Source of the DNA: an uncultured beta proteobacterium
GTDB lineage: Bacteria; Pseudomonadota; Gammaproteobacteria; Burkholderiales; Casimicrobiaceae
Length of the DNA: 64,000 nucleotides
Assembly (NCBI GenBank): GCA_963756765.1
Contig: CAVWPC010000007.1
Span: forward strand, 4,821-68,820
Direction: 5' to 3'
Shown here: one piece after another, positions 53,266-64,000 of the stretch
How positions within the stretch are numbered: the stretch's first letter is position 1
Layout: every line of letters begins with the position of its first letter
Program-made: the position numbers and the translations under genes
Notes under the pieces: model-generated
Told to the model about the DNA's origin: nothing
The model's database searches: none
Seen by the model: the letters and a program-made list of their open reading frames with translations, nothing else

Positions 53266-54033
53266 TCAACGAGGAGGCGGGACCGGCGCTGCGGGTGCGG
53301 CAGCGGCAGGTGCCTCCGCGGGAGGCGGTGTGACCGGTGGTGCGGCTGCGGTGTCCGGCTTGACCGGTGTGCCAGCCGCGACACTTGGTGCCGCGGGGGC
53401 TGGCAGCGTGGTGGCGGCGCTGGGTGGCGCCGCCGCGGTACCCGATGTCGCCGCCACGGGAGCGGCGGTGCTGACCGGGCCGAGCGCATCGCGCACCAGT
53501 TTCAGCTTTGCGGGTGCCGTCTTGTTGCGGGTGTCGCGCGCGATCGCCTTTTCGTAGTTGAGTTCAGCCAGGCGTGCATAGATGTCACCGAGATTCTCGT
53601 AGGCGATCACGTAATCCGGTGCGGCGTTGATCGCCGCCTCGAGCTCATCCCGCGCGCGTACGTAGTCACCCTTGCGCGCATACAGCACGGCCAGATTGTT
53701 CCGCGGCTCGGGCAATTCCGGATACTCGCCCAGCACGCCGCGATAGACCTCCATTGCTTCGTCGGGCTTGCCGGAGTCGGCCAGCGCGACACCCTTGAGG
53801 AAGCGCGCCTGCGGTTCGCGCGGGCGCTGCGCCGTGAGCTTGTCGAGCGCGGCGATGGCCTCCGGATACTTCGTCTGCGCGATCAGGGCCCGCGCGTCCT
53901 TGAGCGACTGCGCATAGACCTTGCGGGCCTCTTCGGTGAAGTCGCGCGGATCGGTGGTGGCAGCCGACTGCGCCAGCACACCGTGGGCGATGGCAGCCGC
54001 GAGCAATGCAGTCAGAAAGTTGGGCAGGGACAT
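53266..54033 (-). CDS. Exported tetratricopeptide repeat protein
   Basis: Signal peptide, YPELPEPRNNLAVLYA, AYENLGDIYARLA, Pro/Ala tail. Confidence 0.88.
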   Translation of the reverse strand: MSLPNFLTALLAAAIAHGVLAQSAATTDPRDFTEEARKVYAQSLKDARALIAQTKYPEAIAALDKLTAQRPREPQARFLKGVALADSGKPDEAMEVYRGVLGEYPELPEPRNNLAVLYARKGDYVRARDELEAAINAAPDYVIAYENLGDIYARLAELNYEKAIARDTRNKTAPAKLKLVRDALGPVSTAAPVAATSGTAAAPPSAATTLPAPAAPSVAAGTPVKPDTAAAPPVTPPPAEAPAAAAPAAPVPPPR

Positions 54034-54100
54034 GGGGTGCGCGACACAACGGCCGTCGACGTCGTGGCCTGGTGCCAGCGCCGGCCGACCGGAAACAGCG

Positions 54101-54109
54101 ATTTTAGCA
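54101..54109 (-). promoter_or_regulatory. Extended -10 promoter for TPR-ppiA-ppiB-lpxH
   Basis: Minus strand TGcTAAAAT just after the nudC stop. Confidence 0.5.
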
Positions 54110-54111
54110 GT

Positions 54112-54975
54112 CTACGGTGCCGCCGCCCGCAGGCGCGCCGCGGTCGCTTCGATCAGCCGCCGCGCGATGGATACGGACGGCGGCAGGTAGGGCAGGGCGT
54201 CGGCCGCAAACCAGCGGGCCTCGGCGATTTCGTCGTCGTCGAGGCGCAGCTCGCCCCCGGCGTACTCGGCGGTGTAGGCGATCATCAACGAATGCGGAAA
54301 GGCCCAGGATTGGCTGGAAAAGTAGGTGATCCGGTCGACCTCGACGCCGACTTCCTCCCGCACTTCGCGGCGGACGCAATCCTCGATGGTTTCCCCCGGC
54401 TCCACGAATCCGGCGAGCGCGCTGTACATGCCGGAGGCGAAGCGGTGTGCGCGTGCGAGCAGGAGTTCGCGGCCGCGGGTAACCAGTGCCATCATCGCCG
54501 GCGAGACCCGCGGATAGGCGACCAGTCCGCACGCCGGACATTCCTTGGCGCGCTCGTGGCCACGATTGCGGGTCGGCGTGCCGCAGCGGCCGCAGTAGCG
54601 GTGGCTGCGGTCCCAGTCGACGATCTGAAACCCCCGCGCTGCCAGCGCAAGCAGCGGCTCGGGCACCTTGAAGAACAGGGTGCGCAGGCCGACGTAGCGC
54701 ATTCCCGCCGGTTCCGGCGCGTCGTCGGGCAGGTTGATCGTGACGCAGGCGGTCTCGCCGAGCGCGCCGAGAAAATGCGCTTCGCCGGCCACGCCCTCGG
54801 CGACCAGGCGGCCGAACGTCGGCAGCGCGAACGCCTCGTCCCGCAGCGTGCAGGCCAGCACACGATCGCCGCGAAAGGCGAACGCGTTGGCATTCTCCGG
54901 AACCTGGGTGGGCAGGAGGTGGCCTGGGGCGAAACCGGCGGGTGTGTACACGGGAAGGACTCGCGATGACCGCAT
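54112..54975 (-). CDS. nudC: NAD(+)/NADH diphosphatase (start uncertain)
   Basis: Zn finger CGRCG...CPAC, YPRVSPA, Nudix AGFVEPGETIEDCVRREVREEVG, SQSWAFPHSLM. Confidence 0.93.
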   Translation of the reverse strand: MRSSRVLPVYTPAGFAPGHLLPTQVPENANAFAFRGDRVLACTLRDEAFALPTFGRLVAEGVAGEAHFLGALGETACVTINLPDDAPEPAGMRYVGLRTLFFKVPEPLLALAARGFQIVDWDRSHRYCGRCGTPTRNRGHERAKECPACGLVAYPRVSPAMMALVTRGRELLLARAHRFASGMYSALAGFVEPGETIEDCVRREVREEVGVEVDRITYFSSQSWAFPHSLMIAYTAEYAGGELRLDDDEIAEARWFAADALPYLPPSVSIARRLIEATAARLRAAAP

Positions 54976-55151
54976 TATCCGGGCTCCGGACGGGACGTGC
55001 CAGTCGCGGCAGTCCCGGGCACGGGAGTTGCGATGTGACCTTTGCCGACCCGTGCCGCGGACTGGCGGCCGCCGCAGCGATGGCTTGGTCCCCAGTCCGC
55101 TAGTGGAACGCAAGTGCTGCCATCGGTCGGCGCGGTGAGAACAGTGAGGAA

Positions 55152-56699
55152 GTGACCAGCGTGGAAACGACAATGTACGGTACAGCGAAAGCTGCTGCCG
55201 ACAGGCGCCAGCGTCCGATTGCGGCGCAAACGGACGCTGCACGCGCACGCGCGCCCACGGACGAAGGATACGAGGACATGTTCGACCTCGCACCGGTTTC
55301 GCTCTGGCTCGAGGACTACGGTGCGCTGCGGGTCCTGCTCGATCAATGGCGCGCCGACGGGATCACGGACCTGCGTGCGTATCTGCGGGAGAAGCCCGAA
55401 CGCGTCGCCGAATGCTCGTCGCGCATTCGCGTACTCAAGGTCAATCGACGCACGCTCGACCTCTACGGTGCCGACAGCGTCGACCACCTGGTCGCCAACC
55501 TGCCGCGGGTATTCCGTGACGACATGTTCGACCAGCACATCGAGGAGCTGGTGGGATTGTGGGAGGGACGCCAGCACTTCCGCACGACCACGGTCAACTA
55601 CACGCTGTCCGGCGAGCGCATGGACATTTTGCTCGACGGTCGCGTGCTGCCAGGTCACGAAAATACGTGGCGCCGCGTGCTCGTGGCGATCGAGGACATA
55701 TCCGAAAGCGCGCGGGCGAGCCGCAACGTGGTGCGCAGCGAGAGCTATGCTCGCGGCTTGTTCGAGCACTCGCCGGTGTCGCTGTGGGTCGAGGACTTCA
55801 GCGCGGTGAAGGCACGCATCGACGAAGTCCGCGCCCAGGGGATCACCGATTTCCGCGTGTTCATCGACGTGCATCCGGAATTCGTCACGCGCTGCATGCG
55901 CGAGATCCGGGTGATGGATGTCAACCAGCAGACGCTGCGCATGTTCGCGGCGCCGGACAAGGAGACGCTGCTCTCCAGGCTGGACGACGTCTTTCGCGGC
56001 GACATGCGCGTGCACTTCGCCGAGCAGTTGATCGACCTGTGGGAGGGCAAGCTGTTCCAGCGCCGCGAAGTCGTCAACTACGCGCTTTCCGGCGACCCGG
56101 TCGACGTTCACCTGCAGTTCTCGGTTCTTCCGGGCTACGAACAGACCTGGGAGCTCGTGCTGATCTCGCTGACCGACATCACGGCACGCAAGAAGGCGGA
56201 GGCGTACCTCGAGTTCCTCGGCAAGCACGACGTGCTCACGCAGCTGCGCAATCGCTCCTACTTCGAGGACGACCTGTCGCGGCTGGAGCGCAACGGGCCC
56301 TATCCGGTCAGCGTGGTGATGGCCGACCTCAATGGCCTGAAGGGCATCAACGATTCACTGGGTCACGCTGCCGGCGACGCGCTGCTGCGGCGCGTGGGCG
56401 AGGTGCTGCGCAAGGCGGTCGGTGACACCGCAACGGCGGCGCGCATTGGCGGCGACGAGTTCGGGATCCTGCTTCCCGGCGTGGACGAACGAGGGGCGAC
56501 GCAATTCGTCGAGCGCCTGGAAACCCTGGTCGATCTCAACAACCAGTTCTACCACGGCCCGCGCATGTCGCTGGCGCTGGGCAGGTCGACCTGCGCACAG
56601 GGCGAGCGGCTCGAGCTTGCGGTCAGCGGGGCCGATAGCCGTATGTACCGGTCCAAGCAGATGTACTACGGGGTGGTGCAACACGACCGGCGCCGCTAG
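55152..56699 (+). CDS. Diguanylate cyclase with two tandem PAS-like domains (start uncertain)
   Basis: Two homologous ~160-aa repeats, then HDVLTQLRNR, DLNGLKGINDSLGHAAGD, RIGGDEF. Confidence 0.9.
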   Translation: MTSVETTMYGTAKAAADRRQRPIAAQTDAARARAPTDEGYEDMFDLAPVSLWLEDYGALRVLLDQWRADGITDLRAYLREKPERVAECSSRIRVLKVNRRTLDLYGADSVDHLVANLPRVFRDDMFDQHIEELVGLWEGRQHFRTTTVNYTLSGERMDILLDGRVLPGHENTWRRVLVAIEDISESARASRNVVRSESYARGLFEHSPVSLWVEDFSAVKARIDEVRAQGITDFRVFIDVHPEFVTRCMREIRVMDVNQQTLRMFAAPDKETLLSRLDDVFRGDMRVHFAEQLIDLWEGKLFQRREVVNYALSGDPVDVHLQFSVLPGYEQTWELVLISLTDITARKKAEAYLEFLGKHDVLTQLRNRSYFEDDLSRLERNGPYPVSVVMADLNGLKGINDSLGHAAGDALLRRVGEVLRKAVGDTATAARIGGDEFGILLPGVDERGATQFVERLETLVDLNNQFYHGPRMSLALGRSTCAQGERLELAVSGADSRMYRSKQMYYGVVQHDRRR

Positions 56700-56711
56700 C
56701 GCCCTGCGTTT

Positions 56712-57614
56712 TCAGCGGCCCGTATGGCGCAGCCGCATCTGGTTGGGCAACGGCACGGAACGGCGCAGCACATCCTCCGAAAGCCAGATCGCGGAGCGGC
56801 GCGCCCGGGCCGCCACCACCGGCAACGGCAGCTGGCTGTAGTCGTCGTTGAAGACTTCGAAACTGTAGTCGCCCCGGTAGCCCAGCCGATCCAGGCGCAC
56901 GACCAGCTCGGCCAGCGCTTCGCTGTGCACGCCTTCGCCGGGGAACACGCGGAAATGCCGCGCGGTGGCGATGCGTTCCTCGTCGGTACGCACTTCCTGC
57001 CACATGAAGTCCGCAAGCTGCACCAGGAAGATTTTCTCCGGCGTCAGCATCTCGAGATCCTCGAGTGCGGCGTCCTTGGCGAACGCGTGGAACGAGTCGA
57101 TGCCGATCCCGAGGTTGGGCGCATCGGCGCGGCACACGATGTCCCACGCAGCGGTGAATTCATTGATGGTCCGCCCCCAGGACAGCCCCTCGTATGCGAT
57201 CCTGATGCCCAGCGGCACCGCCAGCATCGCGAGCTTGCGCAGGTCGCGGGCGAGGAGGTCCGGGTCGGCGGTTGCGTGTGCCGACGTCGACGAGCACACC
57301 AGCAGCACTCGCGCATCCAGGGCGTGCGCCATGTCCAGCATCGACTTGGCGATGTCGATCTTGTAGTCGTGCAGGTGGCCGGACAAGCCCTCGAAGTCGC
57401 GCAGCACCTGGAAACCGGTCACCCGCAGGCCGCTGGCGCGAACTTCGCGCACCGCGGCGTCGATCCCGTCGGCGTGTCCGACCACGTCGCGCGCAGACAG
57501 CATGATCTGGTCGAAGCCGGCATCGCGGACCGCAGCGAGCTTGGCCGCGAGCGACCCGGCGAGCGAGATCGTGTCCATGCCGAAATCGGCGATGTTGACG
57601 TGGCTCGTGTCCAT
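56712..57614 (-). CDS. Sugar-phosphate isomerase/epimerase TIM barrel, like the dehydroshikimate dehydratase domain of QuiC1
   Basis: [37 protein letters not shown]. Confidence 0.8.
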   Translation of the reverse strand: MDTSHVNIADFGMDTISLAGSLAAKLAAVRDAGFDQIMLSARDVVGHADGIDAAVREVRASGLRVTGFQVLRDFEGLSGHLHDYKIDIAKSMLDMAHALDARVLLVCSSTSAHATADPDLLARDLRKLAMLAVPLGIRIAYEGLSWGRTINEFTAAWDIVCRADAPNLGIGIDSFHAFAKDAALEDLEMLTPEKIFLVQLADFMWQEVRTDEERIATARHFRVFPGEGVHSEALAELVVRLDRLGYRGDYSFEVFNDDYSQLPLPVVAARARRSAIWLSEDVLRRSVPLPNQMRLRHTGR

Positions 57615-57627
57615 GGTGGCGGCGCGG

Positions 57628-58506
57628 CTAGCGGGGGTCGTGCACGAGCTCGAACATCACGCCGCCGAGATAGCCCTGCGTCAGGGCGCCGCGCGCCTCG
57701 GAATGCACGCCCTGCGACTCGACGAAGCCCACGCCGCGCGCGCGCAGAGCCTTCACCGTCTGCAGCACGTCCGCCGTGCCGAGCCCCACACGCTGCAGCA
57801 GCTCGTCGCCATCGATGTCCAGGAGCCCGGGACGTGGCTCGATCAGCTGCAGGAAGAACTTGCCGCAGGGACTGCGCAGTACGCGTCCCTTGGGCAGGAT
57901 GCCGTAGCGCTCTTCATCGGACAGCGCTTCGAAACCGAAGAGCTCCCGATAGAACTCGGTCCAGTCGTCGGTGCGGTAGTTGCCGATGTACTGGACGATG
58001 CCGAACCAGTGCAGGTCGGTCAGCGCGGGCGGATGCGGGTCGACGGTCGGGATCGGCGTGAAATCGACGTCGTAGATCGAGAAGTCGCGGTAGCGGTCCA
58101 CGAAGTAGATGCGGCTCGCGCCGACGCCGTGAATAGCCGGGATGTTGAGCTCCATCACCTCCACTTGCGCGGGCACCACCCACGCGCCGCGGGCGATGGC
58201 GTGACGGTAGGCCGCGGCCGCATCGCGCACGCGCAGGGCGATGGCGGCGATCACCGGCGTGTCGGCGGGCTGCACGGCGCGCGGCAGGCCGCTGGCGTGC
58301 GCGTTGACGATCACGTTCATGTCGCCCTGCCGGTAGAGCAGCACTTCCCGCGACCGATGCCGCGCCACCGGGCGGAACCCCATCATCTCCAGCACCTGCC
58401 CGAGCGCCTGCGGCTTGGCAGTGGCGTACTCGACGAACTCGATGCCGTCGAGCCCGAGTGGATTGCCAGCCTCGGTGATGGATTCGCGATCGGGCGATTC
58501 GCTCAT
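57628..58506 (-). CDS. 4-hydroxyphenylpyruvate dioxygenase-like VOC protein, shortened
   Basis: [58 protein letters not shown]; C-terminal domain divergent. Confidence 0.8.
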   Translation of the reverse strand: MSESPDRESITEAGNPLGLDGIEFVEYATAKPQALGQVLEMMGFRPVARHRSREVLLYRQGDMNVIVNAHASGLPRAVQPADTPVIAAIALRVRDAAAAYRHAIARGAWVVPAQVEVMELNIPAIHGVGASRIYFVDRYRDFSIYDVDFTPIPTVDPHPPALTDLHWFGIVQYIGNYRTDDWTEFYRELFGFEALSDEERYGILPKGRVLRSPCGKFFLQLIEPRPGLLDIDGDELLQRVGLGTADVLQTVKALRARGVGFVESQGVHSEARGALTQGYLGGVMFELVHDPR

Positions 58507-58601
58507 GGTCATGCTCCCCGGTGGAGAGCCCTATTGTGGCATGGGGCTTCGTCAGCGGCGGCAATAGCCGGCGTACGTGGCCGTGCGGCGCGACGAAAGG
58601 A

Positions 58602-60833
58602 TCAGCCGAGTTCGACGGGCAGCGACCGAACGCGCTTGCCGGTGGCGGCGGCCAGCGCATTGGCCAGCGCCGGCGCGATCACCGGGACCCCGGGCTCGCC
58701 CACGCCCGTCGGCTTGCCGGTGGACGGCACGATATGGACTTCGACCGCGGGCATTTCGTTGATGCGCAGCACCGGGAAATCGTGGAAGTTCGACTGCTCG
58801 ACCGCGCCGTCCTTGAAGCTGATGCGGCCGTACAGCGCGGCCGACAGGCCGAAGCCGATCCCGCCTTCCATTTGCGCTCTCACGTTGTCCGGATTCACAG
58901 CGAGGCCGCAGTCCACGGCACAGACCACGCGATCGACCTTGAATTTACCGTCCTTGTCGACGGTGACCTCGGCGACCTGGGCCACCACGGTATTGAACGA
59001 TTCGTGCACGGCCACGCCGCGGCCGCGCTTCTCGCCGGTCTTGCCGCTGGCGAGCGGCTGATCCCAGCCGGCTTTGGCGACGGCGAGGTCGAGTGCAGCC
59101 AGGTGCCGCGCGTGCTTCTTGAGCAATGCGCGGCGAAAGGCCACCGGATCCTTGCCAGCAGCTTGGGCGAGTTCGTCGATGAAGGTCTCGGTGGCAAACG
59201 CATTGTGGGAAGCGCCCACCGAGCGCCACCACAGTACGGGCACGGGCAGCCTGGGCGAGTGCAGCTCGACGCGCAGGTTGGCGATGTCGTACGGCAGTGT
59301 CGAGGCGCCCTCCACGCTGGTGAGGTCGATGCCGTCCTTGACCATCATAGACTCGAACGCGGTCCCGGCGAGGATCGACTGCCCGACGATGCGGTGCTGC
59401 CAGCCGACGATGTTGCCACCTGCGTCGAGGCCGGCCTGCAACGCATGCACGTACATCGGCCGGTAGTAGCCACCGCGCATGTCGTCCTCGCGCGTCCACA
59501 CCATTTTCACCGGGATTCCCGGCTTGCCGCTGCGCACCAGCGCCGCGGCGATCGACACCGCCTCGAGCACGTAGTCGGAGGCGCTACTGGCGCGGCGCCC
59601 GAAGCTGCCACCGGCAAAGAGCATGTGCAGCGTGATCTGCTCGGGCTTGAGGCCGGTCGCCTTGGCGATCGCCAGCTGGTCGCCGGTCTGGAACTGCTCG
59701 CCGTTCCAGATCTCGCAGCTGTCCTGCGTGAGTTTCACGACGCAGTTCATGGGTTCCATCGCCGCGTGGGCGAGATAGGGGAACTCGAACGACGATTCGA
59801 CCATCCTGGCGGCGCCAGCGATGGCCTTGCCGGCGTCGCCGTCGTTGCGGGCCGGCTTCCCCGGGGTCGCCGCAAGCCGCTTGTATTCGGCCACGAGATC
59901 CGCCGACGACTGCTTGAAGCCGCGCGCGTCCCATTCGACCTTGAGGGCGTCGCGCCCCTTCTTGGCCGCCCAGAAGGTCGTGGCAATCACCGCGACCCCG
60001 CTCGGAATCTCGACGACGAAGCGCACGCCCGGAACCTTGCTCACCTCGGTGGAGTTGAGGTCGGCCACACCCGCACCGAAGCGCGGTGCGTGCAGCACGA
60101 CCGCGGTCAGCATGTCCGGCAGTTGCACGTCCTGCGTGTAGCGGGCCGTGCCGTTCGACTTGGCCTTGCTGTCGGTGCGCGGCACATGCTTGCCGATGAA
60201 GACGAAATCCTTCGCGTCCTTGAGCTTGACAGTCGCTGGTACGGGCTGCCGTCCTGCCGCCTCGGCGAGTTCGCCCAGGCGCGCCTTCTTGCCGCTCGCG
60301 TGGAAGACGACACCATTCTTCACCTGGACGGCATCGGCCGGCACCTTCCACTGCTCGGCCGCGGCCGCGACCAGCATGGCGCGCGCCGCGGCACCGGCCT
60401 GCCGGTATTGCTCGAAGGAATTCGCCATGGCGGTCGAGCCGCCGGTACCCTGCGCCGCACCCCACAAGAGATTCCGGTAGCGACTGGCGTCGGCCGGCGC
60501 GCCCTCGACGCGCACCTGCGACCAGACGGCGTCGAGTTCCTCGGCGATCAGCGTCGGCAGGCCGGTATACACACCCTGGCCCATTTCCAGGTGCTTGACG
60601 ATCACGGTCACCGTGTCGTCGCTGCCGATGCGCAGGAATGCATTCGGCGCGAAATTGCCTGCGGCTGCGGTACCACTGGTCTTGCCCGGCCCCGACATTT
60701 GGGCGCCAGCGCCGCCGACGTAGAGGCCGAGCGTGAGGCCGGCCCCGGCGGCCGCCGTGTTCAACAGGAAGACGCGGCGAGACATCGAGCCGTTCGGAGA
60801 ATCGTCACGAGGACGCATGCGCATCGGATTCAT
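58602..60833 (-). CDS. Xanthine dehydrogenase family molybdopterin-binding subunit (IorB-like)
   Basis: Tat-like [52 protein letters not shown]; SD AGGAG. Confidence 0.92.
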   Translation of the reverse strand: MNPMRMRPRDDSPNGSMSRRVFLLNTAAAGAGLTLGLYVGGAGAQMSGPGKTSGTAAAGNFAPNAFLRIGSDDTVTVIVKHLEMGQGVYTGLPTLIAEELDAVWSQVRVEGAPADASRYRNLLWGAAQGTGGSTAMANSFEQYRQAGAAARAMLVAAAAEQWKVPADAVQVKNGVVFHASGKKARLGELAEAAGRQPVPATVKLKDAKDFVFIGKHVPRTDSKAKSNGTARYTQDVQLPDMLTAVVLHAPRFGAGVADLNSTEVSKVPGVRFVVEIPSGVAVIATTFWAAKKGRDALKVEWDARGFKQSSADLVAEYKRLAATPGKPARNDGDAGKAIAGAARMVESSFEFPYLAHAAMEPMNCVVKLTQDSCEIWNGEQFQTGDQLAIAKATGLKPEQITLHMLFAGGSFGRRASSASDYVLEAVSIAAALVRSGKPGIPVKMVWTREDDMRGGYYRPMYVHALQAGLDAGGNIVGWQHRIVGQSILAGTAFESMMVKDGIDLTSVEGASTLPYDIANLRVELHSPRLPVPVLWWRSVGASHNAFATETFIDELAQAAGKDPVAFRRALLKKHARHLAALDLAVAKAGWDQPLASGKTGEKRGRGVAVHESFNTVVAQVAEVTVDKDGKFKVDRVVCAVDCGLAVNPDNVRAQMEGGIGFGLSAALYGRISFKDGAVEQSNFHDFPVLRINEMPAVEVHIVPSTGKPTGVGEPGVPVIAPALANALAAATGKRVRSLPVELG

Positions 60834-60849
60834 GGTGTCGTCGCTCCTG

Positions 60850-61314
60850 TCAGCCCAGCGCTTTCGCGGCTTCCTTGATCGCCGCCCTGATGCGCACGTA
60901 GGTGGCACAGCGGCAGACATTGCCCGCCATTGCGGCGTCGATATCCGCATTGTTGGGGCGCTTGTTCTTGGCGAGCAGCGCGGTCGCTGCCATCACCTGG
61001 CCCGACTGGCAATAGCCGCATTGCGGTACATCGAGCTTTTCCCAGGCCGCCTGGACTGCGGTGGCCTCCTTCGACTTCAAGCCCTCGATGGTGGTGATTT
61101 CGACCCCCGGCTTGACCGCCGACAGCGGTGTGCTGCACGACCGCGTGGGGGCCCCGTCGATGTATACGGTACACGCGCCGCAAAGGCCCATGCCACAGCC
61201 GTACTTGGTCCCGGTCAGTCGCAGGTTGTCGCGCAGGACCCACAAGAGCGGTGTGTCGCCGGGCACGCTGGCGGCAACGTCGACGCGTTCCTTGTTGACG
61301 AAGATGGTCGGCAT
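60850..61314 (-). CDS. [2Fe-2S]-binding subunit (IorA-like)
   Basis: [33 protein letters not shown]. Confidence 0.93.
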   Translation of the reverse strand: MPTIFVNKERVDVAASVPGDTPLLWVLRDNLRLTGTKYGCGMGLCGACTVYIDGAPTRSCSTPLSAVKPGVEITTIEGLKSKEATAVQAAWEKLDVPQCGYCQSGQVMAATALLAKNKRPNNADIDAAMAGNVCRCATYVRIRAAIKEAAKALG

Positions 61315-61494
61315 GCTTTCGGTTCTCCGGGAATGGTCCGGGCCAACGTGCCCGGACGGCAATTGTACCGGCGGCGCGCGCGGTGAAGTCGGCTGCGCGG
61401 GCCGGCGCCGCACCACTCGATGCGGCAGCGGCACGATGGTGGAAGAGGTCGCGTGCGTACCGTATAATTGTTTGTTTATGCAACGGAAATTGCC

Positions 61495-62599
61495 ATGGAA
61501 GCGGAACGCCTCAACCTGATCGACAACCAGCTCGCCGACCTTGCGGATCGCACGGCTGAGCTGCGGAGGTATCTTTGACTTCGACGTCAAGTCGGAGCGG
61601 CTCGCGGTCGTAGCCCGCGAACTCGAGGATCCGAAGGTCTGGGACGATCCGGACCGGGCGCAGCAACTCGGCAAGGAAAAGAAGCAACTAGGCGACGTCG
61701 TCGAAGCGTTGATCGACATCGACGCCGGCCTGGCCGACAGCCGCGAACTGTTCGAGCTCGCGCGCGGTGAAGGTGACGATGCGACGCTCGACGCGGTAGG
61801 CCATGACGCCGCCGGACTGGAGCGGAAGGTCGCGCAGCTCGAGTTCCGGCGCATGTTCGCCAACCCCATGGATCCGGCCAACTGCTTCATCGACATCCAG
61901 GCCGGCAGCGGCGGTACCGAAGCGCAGGACTGGGCATCGATGTTGCTGCGGATGTACCTGCGTTATTGCGAGCGCAAAGGCTATCGCACCGAAGTGCTCG
62001 AAGAGTCGCCAGGCGAAGTCGCCGGCATCAAGAGCGCATCGGTGAAAGTCGAAGGCGACTACGCGTTCGGTTACCTCCGTACGGAGGTGGGCGTGCATCG
62101 GCTGGTGCGCAAGAGCCCCTTCGACTCCAACGCGCGCCGGCATACGTCGTTCGCCAGCGTCTTCGTTTATCCGGAAGTCGACGACTCGATCGAAGTCGAC
62201 ATCAACCCGGCCGACTTGCGCATCGACACGTTCCGCGCGTCCGGCGCCGGCGGCCAGCACATCAACAAGACGGATTCGGCGGTGCGCATCACGCACCTGC
62301 CGACCAACATCGTCGTGCAATGCCAGAACGACCGCTCGCAGCATCGCAACCGCGCCGAAGCGATGGCCATGCTCAAGTCCAAGCTGTACGAACTCGAGCT
62401 GCGCAAGCGCCAGGAAGCCCAGCAGAAGCTCGAGGACTCCAAGACCGACATCGGCTGGGGCCACCAGATCCGCTCCTACGTACTAGATCAGTCGAGGATC
62501 AAGGACCTGCGTACCAACTACGAAGTGGGCAACACCCAGGCGATTCTGGATGGCGACCTGGACGATTTCATCGGCGCGAGCCTGAAGCAGGGAGTGTAG
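61495..62599 (+). CDS. prfB: Peptide chain release factor 2, programmed +1 frameshift
   Basis: MEAERLN...LRRYL then CTT TGA C at 61573-61579 with internal SD-like GGAGG; downstream SPF and GGQ motifs; TATAAT at 61463-61468. Confidence 0.98.
61565..61579 (+). other. RF2 autoregulatory frameshift site
   Basis: GGAGGTAT-CTT-TGA-C, canonical prfB slippery site. Confidence 0.95.
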
Positions 62600-62601
62600 G
62601 A

Positions 62602-64000
62602 ATGAGCGAGCACGACAGGAATGGTGCAGCCGGCGCCACCGAAACGGCAGCCGACGAAAACCAGATCATCGCCGAGCGGCGCGCCAAGCTCGGGGCGTTG
62701 CGCGAGCACGGCCATGCCTTCCCGAACGACTTCCGGCGCGATGCGCTGGCGCGCGACCTGCATGAGCGCCATGACCCGCTCGGCAACGAGGCGCTGGAGC
62801 CGCAGGCGATCCGCGTCGCAGTGGCCGGACGGATGATGCTGAAGCGCGTGATGGGCAAGGCATGCTTCGGCACGCTGCAGGACATGTCGGGACGCATCCA
62901 GCTCTATGTCACGCTCGACGGTGTCGGCGCCGACAAACTCGACGCCTTCAAGCACTGGGACCTGGGCGACATCGTCGGTGCGGTGGGGACACTGTTCAAG
63001 ACCAAGACCGGCGAGCTGTCGGTGAAGGCGTCCGAGATCCGCCTGCTCGCCAAGGCTCTGCGCCCGCTGCCCGAGAAGTTCCACGGCATGACCGATCAGG
63101 AGCAGCGCTACCGGCAGCGCTACGTGGACCTCATCACCAACCCCGCGGCGCGCGACGTGTTCATCAAGCGCTCGCAGATCGTGCAGGCGATTCGCGAATT
63201 CTTCGTGCAGCGCGGCTATCTCGAAGTCGAGACGCCGATGATGCATCCGATTCCCGGCGGCGCAGCCGCGCGTCCGTTCGTCACGCACCACAACGCTCTC
63301 GACATGCAGCTGTTCCTGCGCATCGCGCCGGAGCTGTACCTGAAGAAGCTCGTGGTCGGCGGGATGGAGAAGGTGTTCGAGATCAACCGCAACTTTCGCA
63401 ACGAAGGCATCTCGACGCGGCACAACCCGGAATTCACGATGCTCGAGTTCTACGAGGCATACCGGGATTACCACTACCTGATGGACCTGACGGAAGAGCT
63501 GATCCGCGAGGTCGCGACCCGGGTGCTCGGGACCACGACCATCGACTACCAGGGCACCGCCATCGACCTTGCACGACGCTTCGACCGGCTGACGATGGCG
63601 CAGGCGATCCACCAGTACAACCCGGCCTATCCGCTCGCCGAACTCGACAAGCCCGAATACCTGAAGGTGGCGCTGGCGCCGTTCGACGTGGAGGTCTTCC
63701 CCACCGATGGCGTGGGCCTTTTGCAGCTGAAGCTCTTCGAGGAAACGACCGAGAGCAAGCTCGCACAGCCGACCTTCATCATCGCGCACCCGACCGACGT
63801 GTCGCCGCTGGCGCGGGCCAACGAAGCCAATCCGGCGGTGACCGATCGCTTCGAGCTGTTCATCACCGGCCGCGAAATGGCCAACGGCTTTTCGGAGCTC
63901 AACGACCCGGAAGACCAGGCGGCCCGCTTCCAGGCGCAGGTCGATGCGCGCGAGGCGGGCGATGAGGAGGCCATGTATTTCGATGCCGACTACCTGCGGG
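62602..64000 (+). CDS. lysS: Lysine--tRNA ligase class II, runs off the window end (absent from the ORF track)
   Basis: Read from ATG 62602: [65 protein letters not shown]. Confidence 0.97.
   Translation, partial: MSEHDRNGAAGATETAADENQIIAERRAKLGALREHGHAFPNDFRRDALARDLHERHDPLGNEALEPQAIRVAVAGRMMLKRVMGKACFGTLQDMSGRIQLYVTLDGVGADKLDAFKHWDLGDIVGAVGTLFKTKTGELSVKASEIRLLAKALRPLPEKFHGMTDQEQRYRQRYVDLITNPAARDVFIKRSQIVQAIREFFVQRGYLEVETPMMHPIPGGAAARPFVTHHNALDMQLFLRIAPELYLKKLVVGGMEKVFEINRNFRNEGISTRHNPEFTMLEFYEAYRDYHYLMDLTEELIREVATRVLGTTTIDYQGTAIDLARRFDRLTMAQAIHQYNPAYPLAELDKPEYLKVALAPFDVEVFPTDGVGLLQLKLFEETTESKLAQPTFIIAHPTDVSPLARANEANPAVTDRFELFITGREMANGFSELNDPEDQAARFQAQVDAREAGDEEAMYFDADYLR

Overview
GC-rich bacterial chromosome segment; gene order and protein sequences point to a betaproteobacterium. 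It is almost all core genome: a MacAB/FtsX-type ABC exporter, ycaQ/AlkZ-like glycosylase, pcnB-folK-dNK-panC, icd/csp/clpS-clpA, a flavocytochrome c sulfide dehydrogenase pair, aceA, Rieske oxygenase plus sulfurtransferase, xseB-ispA-dxs-folE2, a LytS/LytTR pair, mutL-miaA, leuC-ecnAB-leuD-leuB-GNAT-asd-fimV-truA-trpFBA-accD-folC-dedD-cvpA-purF, a SAM-II riboswitch-led Met/Cys PLP enzyme, terC/lpxH/ppiB/ppiA/nudC, a PAS-PAS-GGDEF protein, a split QuiC1-like pair, an iorAB-like molybdoenzyme, prfB (programmed +1 frameshift) and partial lysS. I saw no CRISPR array, tRNA/rRNA, transposase, prophage or defence island, and I cannot support a claim of a large novel system. Five single-base frameshifts (two in folC) look like assembly errors. 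The best leads are small: a 4x41-bp tandem amplification of the ycaQ start region, a SAM-II aptamer followed by a terminator-like hairpin and a coupled uORF, a structured ~150-nt leader and an unannotated 22-aa sORF upstream of the Rieske gene, a split QuiC1-like pair whose HPPD-like half appears to lack iron ligands, and an AT-rich multi-operator region before aceA. All calls come from reading the sequence by eye; no searches were run.
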